The translations under genes were made by a program, and so were the position numbers. The notes beneath the pieces were generated by a model. The model did not search any database. It was not told the DNA's origin and saw only the letters and a program-made list of their open reading frames with translations. Positions 32,884 to 41,463 of a stretch of DNA of 64,000 nucleotides are shown here, piece by piece (within the stretch, counting starts at the first letter, position 1; every line of letters starts with the position of its first letter). The DNA is from Candidatus Doudnabacteria bacterium (GTDB lineage Bacteria > Patescibacteriota > Doudnabacteria > UBA920 > VMFF01), in the NCBI GenBank assembly GCA_028286905.1, contig JAQBQP010000001.1, forward strand, positions 143,114 through 207,113, in the 5' to 3' direction.

Positions 32884-35463
32884 TTATTTAAAGTTAAGTT
32901 TGATACTTGTGTCCGCGGTATTGCCTTTATCATCCACAGCATGGACTGCAAAGGTATGATCACCTTTTCCTGGATTGTTCATAATCGTAAAGTTATAAGG
33001 TGCAGTCACTAAGCTTTGCACAAAAGTCCCATCAACTAAAAGATCAATACGCACGATGCTATTTCCTTGGTCAGGCGTAGCGTTTACTTGAAGGGTAAAT
33101 GGTGTGGAGCTTATCTCTGAGCCATCGGCTGGGTTTATGATGCTTACAGAAGGAGGGCTGCCAGCAGGAGTGTTGCCAGTGCCTGGAATTGAGCCTCCAG
33201 TCACCGGATTGCTGCCGGTTGGTGGATAACTGTAGCCGTGTTCCAATGCCCAGGCGATCACAGGGTTTTCCCAATTCGGGTCACTTGGCTTTTCAGAATG
33301 TAATACCGTATAAACTTGGCGAGAAGTTTGCGCTTGCGGATCTATTGTAGGGGGTAAGAAACCACCAGGATTATTCGGATCAACTTGGAGAGAAGGTGTA
33401 TTTATTACATCAACTGCAACGTGAGTATCATCGATATCTTTTGGAACAGAAAAAGATGCAAATATTTCGTTCTTGGTTTTTTGAGTATAAGGGCCTGGAA
33501 GTTTGCCGGATAATGCGTCAACATCGACATGCTGGATTCCATCCGGTACTGCAAATTCTTCAGCAGGAGTTCCTTTTAGCGCTTGCTCCATGAAAGATTT
33601 CCAAATTGGACCTGCGGTTATAATCGCATCAGTTTTCATAAGAGTGCCGTCATTATTCCCTGTCCAAACTCCTGCTGCCAATGAAGGTGTAAAACCCAAG
33701 GTCCAACCATCGTGGAAGTTTTGAGTTGTTCCAGTTTTTGCTGCTACGGTGCGATCAGGTAAAACTAAATTTTGAGAACTCGATCCAAAAGTGAACTGAC
33801 GAGAAGCATTGTCTGTCATGATGCTGATTAATTCGTAAACTGATTGAGGATCAATTACTTCATGGGATTGATCTTGATACTGTTCAAGTATTTTTCCAGA
33901 CGAATCCTCTATTTTTAGAATTCCAGTGTCTTGGTGCTGAGTACCTTCGGTTGCAAAGGTGGAATATCCAGCAGTGTGATCAAGTAAGGTTACTTCACAT
34001 CCTCCTAACACTAAAGTCAGCCCGCAGCGGTCTTTAGTTAAGTTTGGGTTTGTAATTCCAACATCCTTCATTGTTTGGATCGCATTGTCGATGCCTACCA
34101 AATCCAAGGTTTTAACCGCAGGGATGTTTAACGAACCTGCTAAGGCTTGTCGAATTGATACTGGGCCAAAGACTTTACCGCCATAATTTTGAGGGATGTA
34201 TGCTTTGCCGCCAAACGTTCCAAAATTTGTTGAAACATCTAGACGTAAGGTTGCTGGATTTTGAGCAAACTCCGGTTTAAAGGCAGTTGCATAAACATAA
34301 GGTTTCATTGAAGAACCTGCTTGTCGAAGCGAAGTTGCCACATTTACCTCGGGTTCAAAGGTACAATTTAGACCTGGGGTACAACCGGCCGGCTCGGGAG
34401 TTCCAAAGTAATCTTTAGAGCCCACCATTGCCAATATTTGCCCGGTCTTTGGGTCGATCGCCACCAAAGCCGCGTTATGTCCGTTATAAGATTTTGAGTT
34501 CTTAGCGGCCCCATCTTTTACCGCCTGTTCCGCAATACCCTGTAGACGAGAATCTAGTGTTGTTGTAACTTGTAGCCCCCCTTCTTCAAGAATTTTTTCC
34601 CCGTATTTTTGAGTTAGGTAATTTTGGATGTAAAAAACAAAGTGTGGTGCACTAATTGAGTTTTGGCTTTTCTGGAAAGCCACGACTTCCGTTTTTGCTT
34701 TGTCATGCTCGTCTTTGTTGATATAGCCCTGAGCAAGCATCTGATCCAAAACCGTATTCTTTCTGTTATCTAAGGAGTCGCGGTTTGGACCAGTCGGGTT
34801 GTAAAAACTAGGCGCTTGTGGGATCGCAGCCAAGTAAGCGGACTCTGCTAAATCTAAATCTTTAGCATGTTTATTGAAGTAAGTCTGAGAAGCTGCTTCG
34901 ATACCGTAAGCATTTCGACCATAAGGGACTTCATTCAAATACAATCTTAAAATTTCGTCTTTGGAAAAACGCTTGTTAATTTCCAAAGATAAAATAATCT
35001 CTTTGATCTTGCGGGCATAGGTCTTGTCGCGAGTAAGAACCGCATTGCGAACAAATTGCTGAGTAATTGTACTGGCGCCTTGTGCTTTGCTTCCCGAGGT
35101 TAAATCTGCAACGATGGAGCGAGCAATGCCTTTGAAGTCGATGCCGCCTTCGTTGTAAAAATTCTTATCCTCAATTGCAACTGTGGCATTTCTAATATTC
35201 GGGTTCATTTCCGAAAAAGGGATTAGAGTGCGTTTGAATTCCCCATGGATCTCATAAAGAAGTTGTCCATCACGGGAATAGATTTTAGTTGACTGAGGAA
35301 TTGAGCGGGCCAATAGCTTGTTTGGATCGGGTAAATCCTTTGAATACCAAATAAATAGGAAGGCAATTAAGGCAAAGCCAACCGCAGTTATTCTAATGAT
35401 CCAGGTCCAAAAACGTTTGCTTTTAAAGGTTGATTTAAGCTTAGATTTTATATTATATTTCAT
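32884..35463 (-). CDS. Class A penicillin-binding protein with C-terminal Ig-like domain
   Basis: EDKNFY, GASTITQQ, SSMK, SLN, KTG motifs; C-terminal PSVSIINP..HAVDDKGN. Confidence 0.95.
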   Translation of the reverse strand: MKYNIKSKLKSTFKSKRFWTWIIRITAVGFALIAFLFIWYSKDLPDPNKLLARSIPQSTKIYSRDGQLLYEIHGEFKRTLIPFSEMNPNIRNATVAIEDKNFYNEGGIDFKGIARSIVADLTSGSKAQGASTITQQFVRNAVLTRDKTYARKIKEIILSLEINKRFSKDEILRLYLNEVPYGRNAYGIEAASQTYFNKHAKDLDLAESAYLAAIPQAPSFYNPTGPNRDSLDNRKNTVLDQMLAQGYINKDEHDKAKTEVVAFQKSQNSISAPHFVFYIQNYLTQKYGEKILEEGGLQVTTTLDSRLQGIAEQAVKDGAAKNSKSYNGHNAALVAIDPKTGQILAMVGSKDYFGTPEPAGCTPGLNCTFEPEVNVATSLRQAGSSMKPYVYATAFKPEFAQNPATLRLDVSTNFGTFGGKAYIPQNYGGKVFGPVSIRQALAGSLNIPAVKTLDLVGIDNAIQTMKDVGITNPNLTKDRCGLTLVLGGCEVTLLDHTAGYSTFATEGTQHQDTGILKIEDSSGKILEQYQDQSHEVIDPQSVYELISIMTDNASRQFTFGSSSQNLVLPDRTVAAKTGTTQNFHDGWTLGFTPSLAAGVWTGNNDGTLMKTDAIITAGPIWKSFMEQALKGTPAEEFAVPDGIQHVDVDALSGKLPGPYTQKTKNEIFASFSVPKDIDDTHVAVDVINTPSLQVDPNNPGGFLPPTIDPQAQTSRQVYTVLHSEKPSDPNWENPVIAWALEHGYSYPPTGSNPVTGGSIPGTGNTPAGSPPSVSIINPADGSEISSTPFTLQVNATPDQGNSIVRIDLLVDGTFVQSLVTAPYNFTIMNNPGKGDHTFAVHAVDDKGNTADTSIKLNFK

Positions 35464-35508
35464 AGAGGAATTATATCTGAATCTCTTTAAACTTGCTATA
35501 ATATCGAT

Positions 35509-36678
35509 ATGACTGACAAAATTGATGAAATTTTAACTCGCGGAGTTGCCGAGATCATAGACCGTAAAAATCTTGAGCAAAAACTACGAAGCAAGAAAAA
35601 AATTAGAATAAAATTGGGCATCGATCCGACCTCCTCTAACATTCACATTGGTCGTGCCGTTTCTTTATGGAAACTTCGAGCGCTTCAAGACTTGGGCCAC
35701 AAAATAGTTTTCATCGTCGGAGACTTTACAGGCTTAATTGGTGACACTTCGGATAAAGAAGCCGAACGTCCAATGCTTTCGGCAAAAGATGTTAAAGAAA
35801 ACATGAAAAATTATATTGCCCAAGTTGGGAAGATTATTGATATCAAGAAGACAGAGGTGCATTATAATTCAAAATGGTTGAAGAAACTTAGTTTCTTGGA
35901 AATTGCCGAGCAGGCGAACCAATTTTCGCTTCATGAATTTGAGGCAAGAGAAAACATTTCAAAAAGAATGAAGGCTCAGAAGCGTGTTTCATTGCGAGAG
36001 CTTTTGTATCCTCTGATGCAAGGCTATGACTCAGTCGCGATTAAAGCAGATTTGGAAGTTGGCGGTACAGATCAACGTTTTAATTTACTTGCCGGACGCG
36101 TTCTACAGAGACATTATGGCCAAGAGCCGCAAGATATCATGACCTTTGATTTATTGGAAGGCACTGATGGTCGTAAGATGAGCTCCTCTTGGGGGAACGT
36201 TATAACTTTGACAGAAGAACCGAACAACATGTTTGGTCAGGTTATGTCTATCCTAGACTCCCTTATAATCAAATACTTCATAATGTGCACAAAAGTAACA
36301 ATGGATGAGATAAATTCCTTGGAAAAAGGCTTAAAGAATGGAAAGCTTAATGCGCGAGACGTTAAGGCGAGCCTGGCGTATGAGATTGTAGCTTTATATC
36401 ACGGTGCAAAACTGGCAAAGACCGCATCCGAAGAGTTCGATCGAGTCCATAAAAACAGAGAACTTCCTGAAGATATTAAATCTTATAAGATGGCTGGTAA
36501 TCAATTGGTCAAAGTGCTTATAGATACAAAACTGGCAAAGAGTTCCAGCGAAGCCAGACGTCTTATTGACCAAGCTGGTGTTAAAATAAACGGTGAAACT
36601 GCAAAAGATTATGCTCAGGCCATTCCCAAAGATACGATCGTGCAAGTAGGTAAAAGAAATTTCGCGAAAATAATTTAA
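35509..36678 (+). CDS. tyrS: Tyrosyl-tRNA synthetase
   Basis: GIDPT..HIGR, YPLMQGYD, GGTDQ, KMSSS, C-terminal S4 domain. Confidence 0.98.
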   Translation: MTDKIDEILTRGVAEIIDRKNLEQKLRSKKKIRIKLGIDPTSSNIHIGRAVSLWKLRALQDLGHKIVFIVGDFTGLIGDTSDKEAERPMLSAKDVKENMKNYIAQVGKIIDIKKTEVHYNSKWLKKLSFLEIAEQANQFSLHEFEARENISKRMKAQKRVSLRELLYPLMQGYDSVAIKADLEVGGTDQRFNLLAGRVLQRHYGQEPQDIMTFDLLEGTDGRKMSSSWGNVITLTEEPNNMFGQVMSILDSLIIKYFIMCTKVTMDEINSLEKGLKNGKLNARDVKASLAYEIVALYHGAKLAKTASEEFDRVHKNRELPEDIKSYKMAGNQLVKVLIDTKLAKSSSEARRLIDQAGVKINGETAKDYAQAIPKDTIVQVGKRNFAKII

Positions 36679-36772
36679 TAACTTCATTAAAATCCCCGAC
36701 TAGTTCGGGGATTTTTGCTATACTTCAATTGTAAGACATGCAAGTTCATGGAGGACTAACTGGGAGGTTGGA

Positions 36773-36952
36773 ATGTACGAACAGTCCAGGTCGACCAGTT
36801 TGCCGGAGATCGTTTATTTCACCGATCAAGAGGTTCCGGGCCCCCAGATAATGGTGGTGGCAACAGCGTTCGTGTTCGTATATCGCCATCCAAGCCCGCT
36901 CGAGGTCGAGGATATCGTTCCTGAGGTTTGGGAGCGTCAGCCGATCCAGTAG
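36773..36952 (+). CDS. 59-aa orphan protein (below the ORF-track cutoff)
   Basis: Extended -10 TGCTATACT, SD GGGAGG, ATG 36773 MYEQSRSTSLPEIVYFTDQ...WERQPIQ TAG, then CACCCCGCGTTT/AAACGCGGGGTG hairpin. Confidence 0.6.
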   Translation: MYEQSRSTSLPEIVYFTDQEVPGPQIMVVATAFVFVYRHPSPLEVEDIVPEVWERQPIQ

Positions 36953-36995
36953 CAACACCCCGCGTTTTCTTTTGGAAACGCGGGGTGGATCATTT

Positions 36996-37472
36996 CTATT
37001 TTGTATTTTTAAAACTTGCACACAGCGCAATTCCTAAAGCATCAGCAGCATCATCGGGTTTCGGTAAAGTTTTTAAATTAAAAGTTTTTTGAACCATCAA
37101 TTGAACTTGTCTTTTTTCAGCTTTGCCATAGCCGCAAATCATCGACTTAACCTGCAATGGCGTAAATTCAAACAGTTCTATCTTACTTTGTTCTAATGTG
37201 AGCAATACGACTCCCCTCGCCTGCGAAACAGTCATTGCGGTGGTGACATTAGTTTTGAAGAAAAGCTTTTCAACTCCTGCGCGGTTAGGCTTATATTTTG
37301 TAATGATCTTTTTTAAATCTTTTTGCAATTCCGCTAACCGTGCGGAGTCGCTAAGAGTTTTCTTTGTTTGAATCACTCCGAAATCCAAAATCCGAAAAGA
37401 ATTATCTTTTTGTTTTTTTATTAAAGCATAACCAGTAGTTGCTGTTCCCGGGTCTATCCCAAGTATAATCAT
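36996..37472 (-). CDS. ruvC: Holliday junction resolvase RuvC
   Basis: ILGIDPG, EKLFF, PDDAADAL. Confidence 0.97.
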   Translation of the reverse strand: MIILGIDPGTATTGYALIKKQKDNSFRILDFGVIQTKKTLSDSARLAELQKDLKKIITKYKPNRAGVEKLFFKTNVTTAMTVSQARGVVLLTLEQSKIELFEFTPLQVKSMICGYGKAEKRQVQLMVQKTFNLKTLPKPDDAADALGIALCASFKNTK

Positions 37473-37474
37473 TT

Positions 37475-38185
37475 TTATAAATTAGCGGATGTGTGCACTG
37501 CAATAACGTCTTCATCGTCAGAAAGAGCGTCATAAAGTTTTTGGACTGCTGGAATCTGCTCTGCGGTTAAATCAGTTCCTTGCGAAGATTCTTTGATCAC
37601 TTCAGCTTGTGCAATCCTGGCGTTAACTTTTTCCAAAGCTTCCTTCATTTTTTCTAAATCTTCTGGCTTTGTGTAGATTTCCAACCCTTCGTTTGATTCG
37701 CGAACATCGCTGGCACCAGCGTCGATTGCCGCTAGCTCAATTGCATCTAAATCTCCGGCTCGTTCTATTAGCAGCTGTCCTTTAGTTTGGAACATCCATC
37801 CGACACTCCCTTGTTGGCCGATGTTACCGCCGTTTTTGGTAAAAATATTCCGGACGTTTTGAAAAGTTCGGTTTGGATTATCACTGGCAGCTTCAATTAA
37901 AAAAGCAGTGCCAGAAGGCCCATACCCTTCGTACAAAAGGCTTGTAATCGCATTAGCTTCTGCGCCAGTGCCTTTCTTAATCGCCCGTTCAATATTATCG
38001 CTAGGCATTGATTGGTCGCGCGCTTTTAAAATTGCTAAGCGTAGCTTGAAGTTCATCGATGGATCTTCTCCGTCTCTAGCGGCGATCGTAATTTGTTTGG
38101 ATAGCTTTGCAAATAGTGCGCCTTTTTTTACATCTGCAGCACCCTTTGATCTTTTTATCTGAGCCCATTTAGAATGTCCGGACAT
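37475..38185 (-). CDS. YebC/PmpR family protein
   Basis: MSGHSKWAQIK, YEGYGP. Confidence 0.96.
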   Translation of the reverse strand: MSGHSKWAQIKRSKGAADVKKGALFAKLSKQITIAARDGEDPSMNFKLRLAILKARDQSMPSDNIERAIKKGTGAEANAITSLLYEGYGPSGTAFLIEAASDNPNRTFQNVRNIFTKNGGNIGQQGSVGWMFQTKGQLLIERAGDLDAIELAAIDAGASDVRESNEGLEIYTKPEDLEKMKEALEKVNARIAQAEVIKESSQGTDLTAEQIPAVQKLYDALSDDEDVIAVHTSANL

Positions 38186-38186
38186 A

Positions 38187-38852
38187 TTATTTAAAACTAA
38201 TGACTACAGTAATCTCCCCTTTGATGCTCTGGCGGCTATTTAGTTTTTCAGCTACTTCTAGCGCGCTGCCTCGAATAAATTCTTCATGCATTTTTGTCAG
38301 TTCTCGCGCCACAACCACCTTGGCGTCTGGCCAGGTCGTTGCTAAGTAGCCAATGGTTTTATTAATTCGATGCGGTGATTCATAAAATATAATCGTTGCT
38401 TCTAAATCCACCGCGCTTTGGATTTCATTAGAAAATTTAATTTCAGTTTTGGGAACGAAACCAAGAAAAATAAATTTATCGGTTGGTAATCCTGAAGCGC
38501 ACAATGCAGTGATTGCGGCATTTGGTCCGGGAATTGGTGTGACCGGAATGTTTAATTTTATTGCTTCGCGAATTAATTTAAATCCAGGGTCTGAAATCCC
38601 AGGCGTCCCGGCATCGCTTATTAAAACGGCATCTTCTTTTTGCAGCAGTTCCAAAAGCATGGGTAGGCTTCTCAGTTCATTGTGCTCCGCAAACTGTACA
38701 AACTTTTTCCCCGATACCCCCAGGTGGTCGGTAAGCTTTTTGGAATACAAAGGGTTTTCAGCGATGATTAGATTTATATCGGTTAAAGTTTGCTTAGCTC
38801 GATCGCTAAGGTCTGAAAGATTTCCGATTGGTGATGAGAGTATGTATAGCAT
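38187..38852 (-). CDS. rsmI: 16S rRNA C1402 2'-O-methyltransferase
   Basis: PIGNL, SDAGTPGISDPG, YESPHR, RELTKMHEE. Confidence 0.96.
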   Translation of the reverse strand: MLYILSSPIGNLSDLSDRAKQTLTDINLIIAENPLYSKKLTDHLGVSGKKFVQFAEHNELRSLPMLLELLQKEDAVLISDAGTPGISDPGFKLIREAIKLNIPVTPIPGPNAAITALCASGLPTDKFIFLGFVPKTEIKFSNEIQSAVDLEATIIFYESPHRINKTIGYLATTWPDAKVVVARELTKMHEEFIRGSALEVAEKLNSRQSIKGEITVVISFK

Positions 38853-39490
38853 TAGTAATGAATTAATTTGATTCCGTTGATTTCACATTTATCATTTCTC
38901 GCGGTGCAATATTTTCTACCAAATAAAATTAGTTGATCAGCAAATTTTACCCAATCTTCTTTCGGAACAATTTTGATTAAGTCTTGCTCTACTTTTTTAG
39001 GGTCTTCATTTTTTGTCAGTCCGAGTCTTTTCGTAACTCTTTTAACATGGGTGTCGACTACAAATCCGGAAGGAATATTGTAAGCATGGCCCAGTACGAC
39101 GTTTGCGGTTTTACGAGCTACTCCCGGCAACTCTATTAATTGCTCTAAAGTTCTAGGTACGTTCCCATTGTATCGCTTTTCTATGATTTGCGCTGTCTTT
39201 TTAATGGATTTCGCTTTGTTTCTGTAAAATGTCACCGGATAGATATCTTTTGTTAAGGTGGTCAAATTTGCTTTGGCAAAATCTGCGGGAGATTTGTATT
39301 TTTTGAAAAGCGTAGCAGTTACTTTATTTACCAAAACGTCGGTGCATTGAGCAGACATTATCGTGGCTATTAGTAATTCAAAGGGATTTTTATAATTTAA
39401 AGCTGTAGTTGCCTCTGGAAAGGCTTTGTTTAAGACTTTTTTTGCAGCTTTATAGCGGTTTTTTAATTCAGCAGCAGTTGGATTAGGCAT
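38852..39490 (-). CDS. nth: Endonuclease III (start re-assigned to ATG 39490)
   Basis: SAQCTD, LPGVARKTANVV, VDTHV; TATGAT 6 nt upstream of this ATG. Confidence 0.95.
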   Translation of the reverse strand: MPNPTAAELKNRYKAAKKVLNKAFPEATTALNYKNPFELLIATIMSAQCTDVLVNKVTATLFKKYKSPADFAKANLTTLTKDIYPVTFYRNKAKSIKKTAQIIEKRYNGNVPRTLEQLIELPGVARKTANVVLGHAYNIPSGFVVDTHVKRVTKRLGLTKNEDPKKVEQDLIKIVPKEDWVKFADQLILFGRKYCTARNDKCEINGIKLIHY

Positions 39491-39504
39491 ACACTGATCA
39501 TACC

Positions 39505-39680
39505 AAAAGCAAAACTCTCCTATCAAGGAGAGTTTTGCCGAAAAGTTCACAAAAGAGCTATTTAATACTTGCGATTAATACCGCAATTATGTAGTTAGTG
39601 AACTAACTGGGGTTGAGTCTATTTAATTGTGTTTTATTTTTGTTTCGAACTTCACACTAAGTGAACTTTGAACTTTTCTA
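39505..39680 (-). ncRNA. Candidate ~175-nt small RNA or attenuated leader
   Basis: TTGACT-17-TATACT promoter at 39686-39714, no ORF, 10-bp closing stem, 12-bp terminator at 39509-39538. Confidence 0.55.
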
Positions 39681-39771
39681 TTACTAGTATAGCAAAAATA
39701 AAGGCTTTAGTCAATGTTTTGTGATGTTTGAAGCAGTGGCTTATAATACAAATACAAATTAATCAAACAAA

Positions 39772-40575
39772 ATGATAACCCCTGACATACAAATACCTCA
39801 ACCAAGTGTTAATAGTGGATCCTTACGAGGACTCGGAAGTTTATTAGCAGGTAGCCTGAATATTTATAAAAACAAATTAGCCTTGTTTTTAAGTTTAAGC
39901 CTAATATCCTTGGTACCATATACCCTAGCCAGCCTTTTGTATACATTAAACGGCTTTATTTATTTAGCGGGTGCGGTGATAGCTGTTGCCTTTTTCTTTA
40001 TCGGACAAGGGGGGATTTATTTTGCTGCAAAAAATTACCAAAGTAAAATTAGCATCGGTCAGGCATTGAATTTTGGTTTAAAAAAAAGCCCTTACTATCT
40101 ATGGACTATGATCTTATCAGGATTGCTCTCGTCTTTGGGCTTCGTTTTGTTTATAATTCCAGGACTCATATTAAGTACTTGGTTCGCGTTTGCTCCTGCA
40201 ATTTTAGTTGATGAAGACATTCGTGGAACTAGGGCAATATTAAAAAGCAAATATTATGTTCAAAATTTTGGTATGGCAATTTTTGGACGAATATTTTGTG
40301 TCGGGTTTTTAATAGGGATACTTTCTTTTTTGGAAGGTTTGCTAACAAAAGGTTTGAGCGGGCAGTTGGTTTCGATCCTGGATACAGTTCTAGCAGTTTT
40401 GACCCTTCCTTTGTTCGCGATATTTACATATGAGCTTTACACAGATGTTAAGGCTAGAAAGAACTCTGCTCTTTTCCAGTCTTCATCTACTTCTCGAGCG
40501 CTTATCATTATTGGAGCAGCTATAGGATTGATTGTCCTAGTCGTACTGTTTATTCTCCGTTTGCTTAAGGGCTAA
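39772..40575 (+). CDS. Multi-pass membrane protein of unknown function
   Basis: Several TM segments, LFIIPGLIL..AILKS pattern; TTGTGA-17-TATAAT upstream. Confidence 0.8.
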   Translation: MITPDIQIPQPSVNSGSLRGLGSLLAGSLNIYKNKLALFLSLSLISLVPYTLASLLYTLNGFIYLAGAVIAVAFFFIGQGGIYFAAKNYQSKISIGQALNFGLKKSPYYLWTMILSGLLSSLGFVLFIIPGLILSTWFAFAPAILVDEDIRGTRAILKSKYYVQNFGMAIFGRIFCVGFLIGILSFLEGLLTKGLSGQLVSILDTVLAVLTLPLFAIFTYELYTDVKARKNSALFQSSSTSRALIIIGAAIGLIVLVVLFILRLLKG

Positions 40576-40607
40576 AAAAATCCCGGTCGACGACCGGGAT
40601 TTTTTAT

Positions 40608-40683
40608 TGGTGGGCACGCCAGGACTCGAACCTGGGACCAGTTGTGTATAAGACAACCGCTCTACCAACTGAGCTACGTGCCC
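40608..40683 (-). tRNA. tRNA-Ile, anticodon UAU
   Basis: Cloverleaf GGGCACG..GTTGT CTTATAC ACAAC..CGTGCCC A CCA. Confidence 0.93.
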
Positions 40684-40688
40684 TCGTC

Positions 40689-40799
40689 GCACCCGCCAGA
40701 CATCTTTCTCAGCTCTGCTTCGCAGAGCTTCTAATATGTCTGGCGGGTGCTCCTCTTAAAACTGCCTATCCTCCCTTCGGTCAGACACACGGCAGTTTT
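40689..40799. repeat. REP-like double hairpin abutting the tRNA 5' end
   Basis: 15-bp arms GCACCCGCCAGACAT/ATGTCTGGCGGGTGC with inner AGCTCTGC/GCAGAGCT; AAAACTGCC/GGCAGTTTT. Confidence 0.75.
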
Positions 40800-40813
40800 G
40801 CTACGCAAGGTTT

Positions 40814-41431
40814 TTATATTCTAACTTTTACACCAAGTTTTTTCAAGGCTTTAATAACCGCCGGAACATTCCCCGTAAAACGGATTGTATGCCAGCCAAT
40901 TTTCTTTGGCTCTACTAAGTTATAAATCCGATCGTCTATAAAGACTATCTCCTCAGGTTTAGCTTTAAGCTTCTTTGTTACATATTCGTAAATTTCACTG
41001 CCAGGCTTGCGCAGTTTAATCTCGGCAGAGTTAAACATTTTAAATTTATTAAAACTGACCTTTAAATTATTAGCCATTTTTTCTGGCCAGCCTTTTTGAT
41101 TATTTGTCAGAATTGCTATCGGGTAATCTCTTGTTAAGCTTGTTGCTAGTTTCCACATTGGTTTTATTAAAGCAGAACTGGTTAGAAATGTTTCCACTTC
41201 TGTTTCTGTGAGCGAAAGGTCGAAGCTTCGAATAATTGTTTTTAACAATTCTCGAACTGGCTTATCTCCACGTTCCGTTTGGTGGATCATGCCTTTGTAT
41301 TCATCTCGGGCATCGTCCGAAAGTTTGTTTAGATGAAAGACTTTTTCGAAAACAAATTCCGTATCGACAATTAAAACATTGCCGATGTCGAAAATTATAT
41401 ATTTGATTACCGTTGGTTCTTTGGTCTTCAT
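40814..41431 (-). CDS. HAD family hydrolase
   Basis: IFDIGNVL, LTN, RKP, FIDD. Confidence 0.92.
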   Translation of the reverse strand: MKTKEPTVIKYIIFDIGNVLIVDTEFVFEKVFHLNKLSDDARDEYKGMIHQTERGDKPVRELLKTIIRSFDLSLTETEVETFLTSSALIKPMWKLATSLTRDYPIAILTNNQKGWPEKMANNLKVSFNKFKMFNSAEIKLRKPGSEIYEYVTKKLKAKPEEIVFIDDRIYNLVEPKKIGWHTIRFTGNVPAVIKALKKLGVKVRI

Positions 41432-41463
41432 AAAGCTAAAGGAGGTGTTTCCACCTCCTTAGT

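Noticed and set aside
35464-35508. T-box upstream of tyrS
   Set aside because: Spacer is only 45 bp and holds two divergent -10 boxes
36746-37030. 94-aa minus-strand ORF from the track
   Set aside because: Starts inside ruvC and crosses a terminator hairpin; signals favour the plus-strand 59-aa ORF
39491-39550. Longer nth N-terminus (start at 39550)
   Set aside because: Runs through a terminator; ATG 39490 has a -10 box at leaderless spacing
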